Below, one piece after another: positions 26,858-36,162 of a DNA stretch of 64,000 bases; position 1 is the stretch's first letter; every line of letters starts with the position of its first letter. The notes below the pieces were generated by a model, which saw nothing but the letters and a program-made list of their open reading frames with translations, searched no databases and was not told the DNA's origin. The stretch is from assembly GCA_963769345.1 (NCBI GenBank), contig CAVYLL010000004.1:419949-483948 (forward strand), read 5' to 3'. This stretch comes from an uncultured Acidobacteriaceae bacterium. Its GTDB lineage: Bacteria > Acidobacteriota > Terriglobia > Terriglobales > Acidobacteriaceae. Made by a program: the position numbers and the translations under genes.

Positions 26858-27921
26858 GCCAGCCCCTCCGATTCGTCCCAGCCGAGCATCACGTTCATGT
26901 TCTGCACCGCCTGCCCCGACGCCCCCTTCAGCAAATTGTCAAGACAGCTCACAATCACAGCGCGCCGCCCATCGCTTGAAACCTGAAACCCGATATCCGC
27001 AAAATTGGTGCGCACCGAATATTGAATCTGCGGCAGCGCTTTCTCATAGATGCGCACCATCGGGCTGGATGCAAAAAACTCGCGATAAATCTGCGCGACA
27101 CTTTCACGTGTCTGAGCCGCACGGAACCGCACATAAATCGTCGACATGATCCCGCGCGGAATCGGAAGTAGGTGCGGCGTGAAGACAATGTCACCTGCGC
27201 CAATTCCGATTTGCTCCAGCAACTCGCCCGTGTGCCGATGGCTGAACACTCCATAAGCCGAGAGATTGTCCGCCGCATACATATAGTGTGTCTTCGCTGT
27301 GGGAGCCTTACCCGCGCCGCTCACGCCGCTTTTCGAATCGGCAACAATCCCGTGCGACACGTCCACGATCCCTGCCGCCACCAGCGGACGCAGCGCCAGG
27401 ATCACCGATGTCGCATAGCAGCCGGGATTCGCCACCAACTTTGCCTTGGCGATTTCAGCGCGGTGCAACTCCGGCATTCCGTACACAGCCTCCGTCTGCG
27501 TAGCGACGGCAATGTTCGATCCCTCATCCTCAAACGCGTATACCGCCCGATTCTTCGCATCAGCCAATCGCCACGCACCGCTCAAATCTACCACGCGCAA
27601 TCCATGCTTCAATGCCTGGGGCACCCACTCGCGAGATTGCTCGTGCGGAGTTGCAAGAAACAACAGTTCCACTCCGCGATCCGCAAGTCTCTCCCACGAA
27701 AACGGCTCCACCTTAAGCGACCGGCTCCCGTTGTTATCCGCCAGTTGGGGATGAATCTCCTCAAGGGGAACTCCCCCGCGCGCCGCGTCCTTGTCATCTA
27801 TGCGGCCCGCAAACACCGGAGGCTTGTCTTTCAGCCGTGGATGATGCAGCAGGATTCGCGCCAGTTCTGCACCGGCGTATCCAGTCACACCCATAAGCGC
27901 TGTCTGAACCGACTTCGTCAT
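26854..27921 (-). CDS. argC: N-acetyl-gamma-glutamyl-phosphate reductase
   Basis: GVTGYAG, VVDLSGAWRL, VANPGCYAT, SGVSGAG, DNLLKGASGQAVQ. Confidence 0.95.
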   Translation of the reverse strand: MTKSVQTALMGVTGYAGAELARILLHHPRLKDKPPVFAGRIDDKDAARGGVPLEEIHPQLADNNGSRSLKVEPFSWERLADRGVELLFLATPHEQSREWVPQALKHGLRVVDLSGAWRLADAKNRAVYAFEDEGSNIAVATQTEAVYGMPELHRAEIAKAKLVANPGCYATSVILALRPLVAAGIVDVSHGIVADSKSGVSGAGKAPTAKTHYMYAADNLSAYGVFSHRHTGELLEQIGIGAGDIVFTPHLLPIPRGIMSTIYVRFRAAQTRESVAQIYREFFASSPMVRIYEKALPQIQYSVRTNFADIGFQVSSDGRRAVIVSCLDNLLKGASGQAVQNMNVMLGWDESEGLA

Positions 27922-28385
27922 GACTCCAGCATCTTTCTCAGGCGCGTCTCAGTGTCGTGTGCGCGCTTCAAATCAGGACAAATCACCAGCACTGTATCGT
28001 CGCCCGCAATTGTGCCGAGCACGTCGTTCCAACCTTCGCGATCGAGGGCCGCGGCCAGTGGTTGCGCTCCACCCATCGTGGTGCGCAACACCACCTGGTT
28101 CATCGCATGCCGCACCTCGAGTCCGAAACTCTCCATCATCTCTGCGACCGAAGGCGGTCCATCGTCAGCTGCGTGTGTGCCCGCTCCGTTTCCGTTCCCA
28201 TTTCCATTCGGAAGGGAATAGCCGCCCGGACCCTTTGTAAGCCTCAACTCGTGAATATCGCGTGAAAGGGTTGCCTGCGTGACCTCAAAACCGCGGCGGC
28301 GCAGCTTGCGGCGCAATTCATCCTGGTTGGCCACCAGAACATGCGCTACAAGTTCCCGAATCGCGTTATGCCTTTGAAACTTCAT
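27918..28385 (-). CDS. argR: Arginine repressor
   Basis: NQDELRRKL, VTQATLSRDIHEL, GTIAGDDTVLVI. Confidence 0.95.
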   Translation of the reverse strand: MKFQRHNAIRELVAHVLVANQDELRRKLRRRGFEVTQATLSRDIHELRLTKGPGGYSLPNGNGNGNGAGTHAADDGPPSVAEMMESFGLEVRHAMNQVVLRTTMGGAQPLAAALDREGWNDVLGTIAGDDTVLVICPDLKRAHDTETRLRKMLES

Positions 28386-28435
28386 ATCCTTCTTCCGGAC
28401 AAAGCAAAAACGCGGCCTCGCAGTGGCGGCCGCGC

Positions 28436-28472
28436 TTGCATAAATATACAAAGAAAGTGTATAAGTATGCAA
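28436..28472. promoter_or_regulatory. Tandem ARG boxes (ArgR operator)
   Basis: TGCAT-AAAT-ATACA at 28437 and TGTAT-AAGT-ATGCA at 28458, a 21-bp period (18-bp box plus 3-bp spacer), about 50 nt upstream of argR. Confidence 0.85.
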
Positions 28473-28664
28473 GTCGGCTTTTCCATAGCCGGCAGCCAGA
28501 ATCACCTAAGTAACATCGTTCTTTTGAATTGCGAGCTCGAACCGGATATTGTCGACGCCCAGCGCCAACCCCGGGCTGTCAGACTTTCCTCGCTTGCCCA
28601 GTTGTTCCGGTTCCTTAAGCCGCTTCGCAGCAACATCAAATCCACAAAGGTCGTATAGTTGAAT

Positions 28665-31600
28665 ATGGGCTTCCCCTACCGGCATTCATCCCGTCGTACG
28701 CCCCCCTCACCGGCAATGCCCGCTGGAGAGGGCTCATTCGCGCCACCGCCCTCCTATATTGATGGCAGCCTGATCGACCCGCGTTTCGATTTCGATTCCT
28801 GCGGCGTCGGTTTTGTCGCCCAGCTCTCTGCGGAGCCTTCGCACCAGATTCTCGAGCACGCACTTGGCGCTCTCGCCCGGCTTGAGCATCGCGGCGCCGT
28901 CGCGGCAGACGGCAAATCGAGCGACGGCGTCGGCGTCACAACGGCCATTCCACGCGAGTGGCTCCTGATTCAGAGCGGACTGTCTCTCGACGAGAGCAGC
29001 CCCCTCGGCGTGGCTGTTTTGTTTCTGCCCAGGGATGACAGTGCCCAGCGCGCAGAGATTGAAGCAGCGCTCTTTGAACAAGACATGGAGGTGCTGACTT
29101 GGCGCCCCGTCCCAATCCGGCCTGAAACTCTGGGCGAGATTGCGGCCTCATCACGTCCTGAGATCTGGCACTTGCTCGTCACATCAGACGACACAGAATT
29201 CTTCGATCGCCGCCTATTCCTCGCGCGCAAGCAGTTCGAGCGCTCCGAACTACCCGGCTACTTCGTCAGTATTTCGTCCTCAGTGATGATCTACAAGGCG
29301 CTTTGCGCGGGACGCCTCCTTTCCGAGTTCTACCCCGACCTAGCCGATCCCGAATTCAAATCGCCCTTCGCGCTCTTTCATCAGCGGTACGCCACTAACG
29401 TCCTTCCCTCGTGGGAGCGCGCTCAGCCCTTCCGCACGCTTGCGCATAATGGCGAAATCAACACCATCTGGGGAAATCGCGCGCGCATGGAAGCCCGCGC
29501 CGCAACGCTGCCGCTCGACGTTTACCCGGTGTTAACACAGGGCGGGTCCGACTCAACCTCGCTCGACGAAATCGTGGAACTGCTCGCCCACAACGGCCGC
29601 ACCGTTGGGGAAGCCGTGCGCATGATTGTTCCGCCGGCCAATCCCGGGAACTCGTCCTCGTTCCTTCAGTACAGCGGCGACTGCATCGAGCCGTGGGACG
29701 GCCCCGCTGCGCTTGCGTTCACAGACGGCCATCAAGTTGGCGCCATCCTCGATCGCAACGGCCTTCGCCCCTGTCGCTTCGCGCTCGACGATACCGGCCT
29801 TGTAGTCGCCGGCTCTGAGGCGGGTCTTGTTGACATGGATCCCGACCACATTATTCACAGCGGTCGTCTCGGTCCCGGCCAGATGATCGTCGCCGATCTC
29901 GACTTCCATCGCTTCTTTGAGGACGACGAGATCCTCCGCATCTTCGATGCCAAGCGTCATTACCAGGAACTCATCAGAGAAGATGTTCCCCTGGAAGATT
30001 CAATTGAAGCTCCGCCGGCGCTTATCGCCTCGGAACTCAATCGACTTCAGCATCGCTTTGGCTTTACGCGCGAGGATGTGCGCATGGTCCTACAGCCGAT
30101 GGCCACGGACGGCAAAGACGCAGTCTGGTCAATGGGCGACGACACCTCGATCGCGCCGTTAGCCCACGCTCCGCGCCCGCTTTACGCCTTCTTCCGTCAG
30201 CGATTTGCGCAGGTCACCAATCCGCCCATAGATCCTCTGCGTGAGACGGTTGTGTTGCAAATGCACACACGCCTTGGCCCCTGGCCGCACATCTTCGAAC
30301 TGCGCGAACCCCTTCCTGGGCTTTCGCTGCGGTCGCCTATTCTCTCGCTCGGCCAGATGCACGCTCTCGTACAAGGACAGCATCCACAGGCAGAGAAGAT
30401 GCCGCACGCGGTTCTCCACTGTCTCTACTCTCCCGACACGACCCTTGAAATTGCAGTCGATATCCTGGCGCAGCGGGCTATCCAACTCGTCGCCAACGGC
30501 GCATCGCTGCTCATCCTTACCGATCGCGGTGCAACCCCCGGCGCTCTTCCTGTTCCCATGGCCATGGCGGCCGGCGCTGTGCATCTCGCACTAACCAGGG
30601 CAGGAGTCCGGGCAGAAGTCGGCATCGCCGTGGATGCGGCCGACTGCCGCGAAATTCATCACGTCGCGGTGTTGCTCGGCCTCGGCGTCGGTGCAATCTG
30701 CCCATGGCTTGCGCTTGAAACTGCACGAAACCTCAACCCCGAGAGTGGCGAGGAAAACCTGCTCCATGCACTCGAACTTGGCCTCGCCAAGGTGATGTCA
30801 AAGATGGGTATCAGCGTCGTCGACAGCTATCGTGGCGCACATCTCTTCGACGCGATCGGCATCTCTCAACACGTCGTTGACAAGTGCTTTGCCGGTGTCC
30901 CCGCGCCGATTGGGGGCATAGGCTACACCGAGATCGAAAACTATGTCCGTCAACTCTGGAGCGCCGAACCGGTGATCGAGAAATCAACCGAACAGGGCCC
31001 CGCGGAATTCTCCGCCGCGCCGATTCGTGAACTTCCCGATTACGGCTTCGTGCGCTTCCGCAAAGCCGACGAAGCCGAGTCGCACTCCTGGCAGCCCACT
31101 ACCGTTCGAGCGCTGCAAACCGTAGTCGGATCCACCAAGCAGGGCGCCGCGCTGGCGCTCACGCCATTTGCTACCTTTGCCGCGCAGGCAGTTGAAGCTG
31201 AGCCTTCGCATCTGCGCGACCTGCTCGAAATGCGCCCCATGGGACCCGAGTTGGCTCTTGATCAGATCGCTCCCGCCGACACCATCACGCGCACCTTCGT
31301 TGCCAGCGCGATGTCCTTCGGCTCGCTTTCGCCGGAGGCGCACCAGACGATCACGGAAGCCATGAACTTGATGGGAGCGCGATCTAACACCGGCGAAGGC
31401 GGCGAAGATCCCGCGGTCTATACACCGGTCAATGGTGCGCCTTCGCTGCTAAATAACAAGATCAAACAGGTTGCCAGCGCGCGTTTCGGCGTTACCGCCG
31501 AGTACCTCGTCCACGCTGAAGAACTCGAAATCAAAATCGCCCAGGGGGCCAAGCCCGGCGAAGGCGGGCAGCTTCCCGGCCACAAGGTAACCGAGCTGAT

Positions 31601-33152
31601 CGCGCGCCTGCGTCACGCACAGCCCGGCATGCAGCTCATCTCACCGCCGCCGCACCACGATATCTATTCAATCGAAGATCTCGCGCAGCTCATTTGGGAT
31701 CTCAAGCGCGCCAACCCGCGCGCGGCAGTTGGCGTCAAGCTCGTCTCCGGGTGCGGCATCGGCACGATTGCCGCGGGCGTCGCCAAAGCCTACGCGGACT
31801 ATATCGTCATCGCCGGCCACGCTGGCGGCACTGGCGCAAGTCCGCTTTCGAGCATCAAGTACGCCGGCAACCCCTGGGAACTGGGTCTCGCCGAAGCGCA
31901 GCAGGTCCTCATTCACAATGGCCTTCGCGGCCGCGTCCGTTTGCGCACCGACGGTGGTCTACGCACCGCGCGCGACATCGTCATCGCCGCCATGCTCGGC
32001 GCCGACGAGTTTGCTTTCGGCACCGCCGTTCTCATCGCACTCGGCTGTGATATGGCGCGTCAATGTCATCTCAACACGTGTCCCACGGGCATTGCCACGC
32101 AGCGCCCCGATCTTCGCGCGAAATTCCGTGGAAAGCCTGAGCACGTCATCCGCCTCTTCACCGAACTTGCTGCTGAAGTGCGCCAGCTTCTTGCCAAGCT
32201 CGGTCTGGAATCGCTCTCCACCGCAACTGGACGAACCGATCTGTTGGAGCAGGTCCGGTTCAACTCCGGTCTCGATCTCAAGCCAGTACTCGCGGCCACT
32301 ACCGTCGCTGTTGCAACAGGGAACGCGATCCGCTGGGAAGGGAAGCGCAACGACCGCCCTGAGACGCACCCGCCGATTGACGATGCATGGGTCGAGCCCG
32401 CATTCGCTGCCTGGAAAGCCGGCCTGCCGTACTGCCTCGAAACCCACGTCACCAATGAAGACCGCACCCTCGGCGCGCGTCTGGCCGGAGTGATCGCGCA
32501 ATATCGCACTGACAATCCAGGGTCGACCGGCTCCTGTCTTACTTTCAATTTGAATGGCGTGGCCGGCCAGTCCTTCGGAGCATTCAACACCGACGGCATG
32601 ATTCTCAAGCTCGAGGGTCTCGCGAACGACTTCGTCGGCAAAGGCCTCTGCGGCGGTGAACTCGTGATTCGCGGGCGCGGTCGCGTCGCGCAGCAAAGCG
32701 AGGCCCACACACTTCTCGGCAACGTCGCACTCTATGGAGCAACGAGCGGCTCTCTGTTTGCCGCAGGCCGCGCGGGAGAGCGTTTTGCCGTGCGTAACTC
32801 CGGAGCACGCGCCATCGTGGAAGGCGTCGGGGATCACGCCTGCGAATACATGACTGGAGGCCTTGCAGTTGTCCTGGGTCGCACCGGCATCAACTTCGGC
32901 GCCGGCATGACCGGCGGTCTTGCCTGGGTCTACGACGAAGACGGGGAATTTCTGGGCAAGGGCCGCTATCACAGCGCATTCCTTCAACCAGTTATGTGGG
33001 ATCAGCTTGATGACGACGCCCGCGACTCCATACGCGAACTCGTCGCCTTGCACGCAAGTAAAACCGCAAGCACCCGCGCGCACTGGCTGTTGTCGAACTG
33101 GGGTACCGAGTCGCAGAGATTCGTGCGACTGACGCCGAAGCCGCAAGTCTGA
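28665..33152 (+). CDS. gltB: Glutamate synthase large subunit (GATase, FMN and 3Fe-4S domains), with no adjacent small subunit
   Basis: Propeptide then CGVGFVA, HNGEINT, PWDGPA, QVTNPPID, KIAQGAKPGEGGQLPG, CDMARQCHLNTCPTG, ERFAVRNSG, CEYMTGG. Confidence 0.95.
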   Translation: MGFPYRHSSRRTPPSPAMPAGEGSFAPPPSYIDGSLIDPRFDFDSCGVGFVAQLSAEPSHQILEHALGALARLEHRGAVAADGKSSDGVGVTTAIPREWLLIQSGLSLDESSPLGVAVLFLPRDDSAQRAEIEAALFEQDMEVLTWRPVPIRPETLGEIAASSRPEIWHLLVTSDDTEFFDRRLFLARKQFERSELPGYFVSISSSVMIYKALCAGRLLSEFYPDLADPEFKSPFALFHQRYATNVLPSWERAQPFRTLAHNGEINTIWGNRARMEARAATLPLDVYPVLTQGGSDSTSLDEIVELLAHNGRTVGEAVRMIVPPANPGNSSSFLQYSGDCIEPWDGPAALAFTDGHQVGAILDRNGLRPCRFALDDTGLVVAGSEAGLVDMDPDHIIHSGRLGPGQMIVADLDFHRFFEDDEILRIFDAKRHYQELIREDVPLEDSIEAPPALIASELNRLQHRFGFTREDVRMVLQPMATDGKDAVWSMGDDTSIAPLAHAPRPLYAFFRQRFAQVTNPPIDPLRETVVLQMHTRLGPWPHIFELREPLPGLSLRSPILSLGQMHALVQGQHPQAEKMPHAVLHCLYSPDTTLEIAVDILAQRAIQLVANGASLLILTDRGATPGALPVPMAMAAGAVHLALTRAGVRAEVGIAVDAADCREIHHVAVLLGLGVGAICPWLALETARNLNPESGEENLLHALELGLAKVMSKMGISVVDSYRGAHLFDAIGISQHVVDKCFAGVPAPIGGIGYTEIENYVRQLWSAEPVIEKSTEQGPAEFSAAPIRELPDYGFVRFRKADEAESHSWQPTTVRALQTVVGSTKQGAALALTPFATFAAQAVEAEPSHLRDLLEMRPMGPELALDQIAPADTITRTFVASAMSFGSLSPEAHQTITEAMNLMGARSNTGEGGEDPAVYTPVNGAPSLLNNKIKQVASARFGVTAEYLVHAEELEIKIAQGAKPGEGGQLPGHKVTELIARLRHAQPGMQLISPPPHHDIYSIEDLAQLIWDLKRANPRAAVGVKLVSGCGIGTIAAGVAKAYADYIVIAGHAGGTGASPLSSIKYAGNPWELGLAEAQQVLIHNGLRGRVRLRTDGGLRTARDIVIAAMLGADEFAFGTAVLIALGCDMARQCHLNTCPTGIATQRPDLRAKFRGKPEHVIRLFTELAAEVRQLLAKLGLESLSTATGRTDLLEQVRFNSGLDLKPVLAATTVAVATGNAIRWEGKRNDRPETHPPIDDAWVEPAFAAWKAGLPYCLETHVTNEDRTLGARLAGVIAQYRTDNPGSTGSCLTFNLNGVAGQSFGAFNTDGMILKLEGLANDFVGKGLCGGELVIRGRGRVAQQSEAHTLLGNVALYGATSGSLFAAGRAGERFAVRNSGARAIVEGVGDHACEYMTGGLAVVLGRTGINFGAGMTGGLAWVYDEDGEFLGKGRYHSAFLQPVMWDQLDDDARDSIRELVALHASKTASTRAHWLLSNWGTESQRFVRLTPKPQV

Positions 33153-33213
33153 ATTGATTCTGGCAGTTGGGTCTGAGATGCCGTTTTAGTACTCGATCGG
33201 CAACGGCCGTGCC

Positions 33214-34545
33214 TCAGTTCACCAGCATCTCTTTGAGCATGTTTTCCTGTCGGTTCCTCACCTGGCCCGCACGCTCCAGCAGCTCCCGCAGGTTCTCATC
33301 GAGATCGCCTCCGGCGGTTGTTACGTGTCCCATGCTGAATTGCAGAGCGAGCTGGCTTGCGCTCTTCGCGCCACGCGCGGCCGTCGCGGCTTCCAGGCGC
33401 AACGCCGCAATTGAAATACCGGCACGATCGAATTGCCCCGCCACGGCGAACTGATCTGCGCCGATCCTGCCCTTGATGTCCGACTCACGGAACGTTGCAC
33501 GCAGAATCTGTCCCGCTTCCGCCAACGCCGCCGCCGATGCATTCGGCCCAAGTTGCGAATGGATCTCGGCAAGATTTTCGAGATCGATGTAAAGCACCGA
33601 AAATGGAGCGCCCGACCGTTGCGCCAGTCGCAGCGCATGTTCGGCCAGCATATGAAAGCCCCTGATGTTATAGAGCCGCGTCGCTTCGTCACGCAGAATA
33701 AGATCGTGAATCTCATTTTCCATTCTGCTGATTCGCCATGCAAAGAACAGCAGAATCCCAATGGCCACTGCGACAGCGATCGAAGCGATCAACGCCGCAT
33801 CCAGATGCCCCGCGGGACCAGCGCGATTCATCCACGCGTTGACGGCTTCCAAGGCAAAAGGAAGTAACAACAGGATCGGCGCAAAGGCCCGGGCCAGTCC
33901 GCTTCCGATGCCCACTCCGAGTAAGATCGAGAAAACTCCGCGCTCAGCCTGCCGAAGCGCGACCGCAATCGTCAATGCAACGAGGCAGATCAGCAGCGCG
34001 GCCGTTCCCGTGCTTCCCGCTGTCTTTCCAAACAGCGCAAACCGGCCGAACACCGCGTCCGAAACCAGTAGCACGCACAGCAGGCAAAGGCTGCACACCA
34101 TCACATCCACCACTCGGTTGATCAGCCAGTTCTTCTGGTCTACCAGAATCACAGCGATCGTCAGCGCGTAAAGCCCGAGCACGAATCTCTCCGGCGGAAC
34201 AACGACGTGGGGGTCTGCGACGAAATGTCTACCCAGAATCGAGAGAGTGATCAAGGTGCAAATCGCGAAGAAATTTGCAGCGCGTCGCGCATAACCAATC
34301 GCGACTCCAGTTCGTGCCGGCTCCGACAAGAGCAGGCTGATACCGCACAGCAGCGAGGTAAGCAGAAACGCAGCGGTTGCCGTCGACGCCGAACGGCTGT
34401 CAAACGGAGACTTAAGCAGCTGCAGCAACCCCAGCAGGGCTGCTGTCGCAGCGACTCCCAACGAGAGGCGCTGCATCCAGCGCGCTGCGCGAAAGAGTCG
34501 CGGATCGGGTAACACAGTCAAGGTTTCTGGAACTGTCTCATTCAT
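33214..34545 (-). CDS. Membrane protein with degenerate GGDEF domain (GADQF) and intact RxxD I-site
   Basis: Multiple TM helices; RDEATRLYNIRGF, DLENLAEIHSQLG, RESD-IKGRI-GADQF. Confidence 0.85.
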   Translation of the reverse strand: MNETVPETLTVLPDPRLFRAARWMQRLSLGVAATAALLGLLQLLKSPFDSRSASTATAAFLLTSLLCGISLLLSEPARTGVAIGYARRAANFFAICTLITLSILGRHFVADPHVVVPPERFVLGLYALTIAVILVDQKNWLINRVVDVMVCSLCLLCVLLVSDAVFGRFALFGKTAGSTGTAALLICLVALTIAVALRQAERGVFSILLGVGIGSGLARAFAPILLLLPFALEAVNAWMNRAGPAGHLDAALIASIAVAVAIGILLFFAWRISRMENEIHDLILRDEATRLYNIRGFHMLAEHALRLAQRSGAPFSVLYIDLENLAEIHSQLGPNASAAALAEAGQILRATFRESDIKGRIGADQFAVAGQFDRAGISIAALRLEAATAARGAKSASQLALQFSMGHVTTAGGDLDENLRELLERAGQVRNRQENMLKEMLVN

Positions 34546-34549
34546 GCGT

Positions 34550-35920
34550 TTACGCCCGCGCCACCTTCTTGCTCCGCTTGTCCCGATACATGGCTTCATC
34601 CGCTCGCCGCACCAGTTCTTTCAGGCTCTCATTTGACGGATGGTCAAGCGTCACATAGCCGACACTCAGGCTCAGCGGATACTTCCTCGCAACCGCCGCG
34701 TTGCGCTGTTCCGCCATCGACTTTAGACGCGTTGCCGCCAATTCAATGCCCACCATGCTGAACTGGCCCGCCACCACAAACTCGTCGCCGCCGAATCTGC
34801 CCTTTACGTCAGTCTCTCGAAAGCACGCCATCACGACTTCGCCTGTCTCCGCCAGGTAGGACGAGCCGGTGTTATGGCCCAGGTCGTCGTTGATTTTCTT
34901 AAGTCCATCCAGATCGATGAAGAGAACTGAAAACGGCAGTTCTGCGCGTTGAGCCAGGCGCAGCGTCTGTTCACCCAGCAGGTAAAAACCGCGCATATTG
35001 TAGAGTCCGGTCAACTCATCGCGCAGCGTCAGGTCGTGAATTTCCTTCTCCATCGTGTTGATGCGCCACACCAGCACAAGCAGCAGCACCATGGAGAGCC
35101 CGGCGGCAAGTGACGTCAGAATTGCCGCTCCGTACTGTTCCGGCATCAGGTCACTCGGGATGATCCGCGTTCGTGCGACTTCGACGAGGAAGGGAATCAC
35201 AAGCAACACCGGCGCGAAACCGCGCGCGATCCGGCTTCCGATGCCCGCGCCCACGAAGATAGACCAGATACCGCGTTCGGCTTGCCGCATCGCAACAACA
35301 AACGACAGCAGTACAAGGCACATCAGCAGGATCGGCGAAATCATGTTGTTGGCCGACAGCCGCAAAAGCCCAATTGCCCCGAAGATGTTTTCGCTCAATA
35401 GAACCAGCGTCACCGTGCACATCACCGGAACGAGCCCGTCAGCGATCCGCCGTATCAGCGGCCCCAACATGCTTACGAGCACGATCGACAGGCTTAGCAG
35501 GACAAAGGCCGCAGGAGAGTGAACGGGCAGCCTCCCGGTGTTTCCGGGTGCACGATCCACTTCCAGCAACGTGTCGACCGCCGGGAAAAGCCGAAATGCC
35601 GATTCCAGCAAGATGAGTATCGATAACAATCCAGCCTGCACCGCGACGTACCGGCTCGCCCGTGGTAAAGAAAGATGGTTGCCAGGCTCAGAGATCGCCA
35701 GGCTCAGCGCGCAAAGCAAGACCACCAGCGCCATGGGGATGCTCATGCGTGTAAGTGAGTTGGGTAGATAGGTTGCAATGGGAGGGAATAGCCACGCGGA
35801 AAAGACGATCAGCGCCAGAAGCGCTACCACCAGCAAGCATGCCTGTTGCAAGACCGTAATCTTCTCAAGAAGAGCCGGATCTGGCTCTCCGGGAGGCAGG
35901 GATGCTGTGCGCTCATGCAT
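34550..35920 (-). CDS. Membrane-bound diguanylate cyclase
   Basis: Multiple TM helices; RDELTGLYNMRGF, DLDGLKKINDDLGH, RETD-VKGRF-GGDEF. Confidence 0.9.
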   Translation of the reverse strand: MHERTASLPPGEPDPALLEKITVLQQACLLVVALLALIVFSAWLFPPIATYLPNSLTRMSIPMALVVLLCALSLAISEPGNHLSLPRASRYVAVQAGLLSILILLESAFRLFPAVDTLLEVDRAPGNTGRLPVHSPAAFVLLSLSIVLVSMLGPLIRRIADGLVPVMCTVTLVLLSENIFGAIGLLRLSANNMISPILLMCLVLLSFVVAMRQAERGIWSIFVGAGIGSRIARGFAPVLLVIPFLVEVARTRIIPSDLMPEQYGAAILTSLAAGLSMVLLLVLVWRINTMEKEIHDLTLRDELTGLYNMRGFYLLGEQTLRLAQRAELPFSVLFIDLDGLKKINDDLGHNTGSSYLAETGEVVMACFRETDVKGRFGGDEFVVAGQFSMVGIELAATRLKSMAEQRNAAVARKYPLSLSVGYVTLDHPSNESLKELVRRADEAMYRDKRSKKVARA

Positions 35921-36162
35921 GGCTTGGCGGCGGTCGGTGCTTTCGGCTGGAGTGATCTTAACGCAGAAAGATCGGTTTTCTGCGTGACCAACCTTATACC
36001 CTTGAAACGGAAGTTTGGCCCGCAAAACTTGCAGAACACAGGGGCTTATGCTCTTTCCGCGGGTTGTGCCCGTCCTGGAAAACGCCGTCAGGGCCTGTGC
36101 CCGCGCTGTTACACTCTCCCTTGGCCTTAATTCAACCCGGTCGATCCCATAAATTACCCGAC

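Noticed and set aside
31959-33146. Long antisense ORFs (also 12220..13590, 58787..60235, 22618..23535 and others)
   Set aside because: They are shadows of high-GC codon usage on the strand opposite well-identified genes, with no motifs or ribosome-binding sites.
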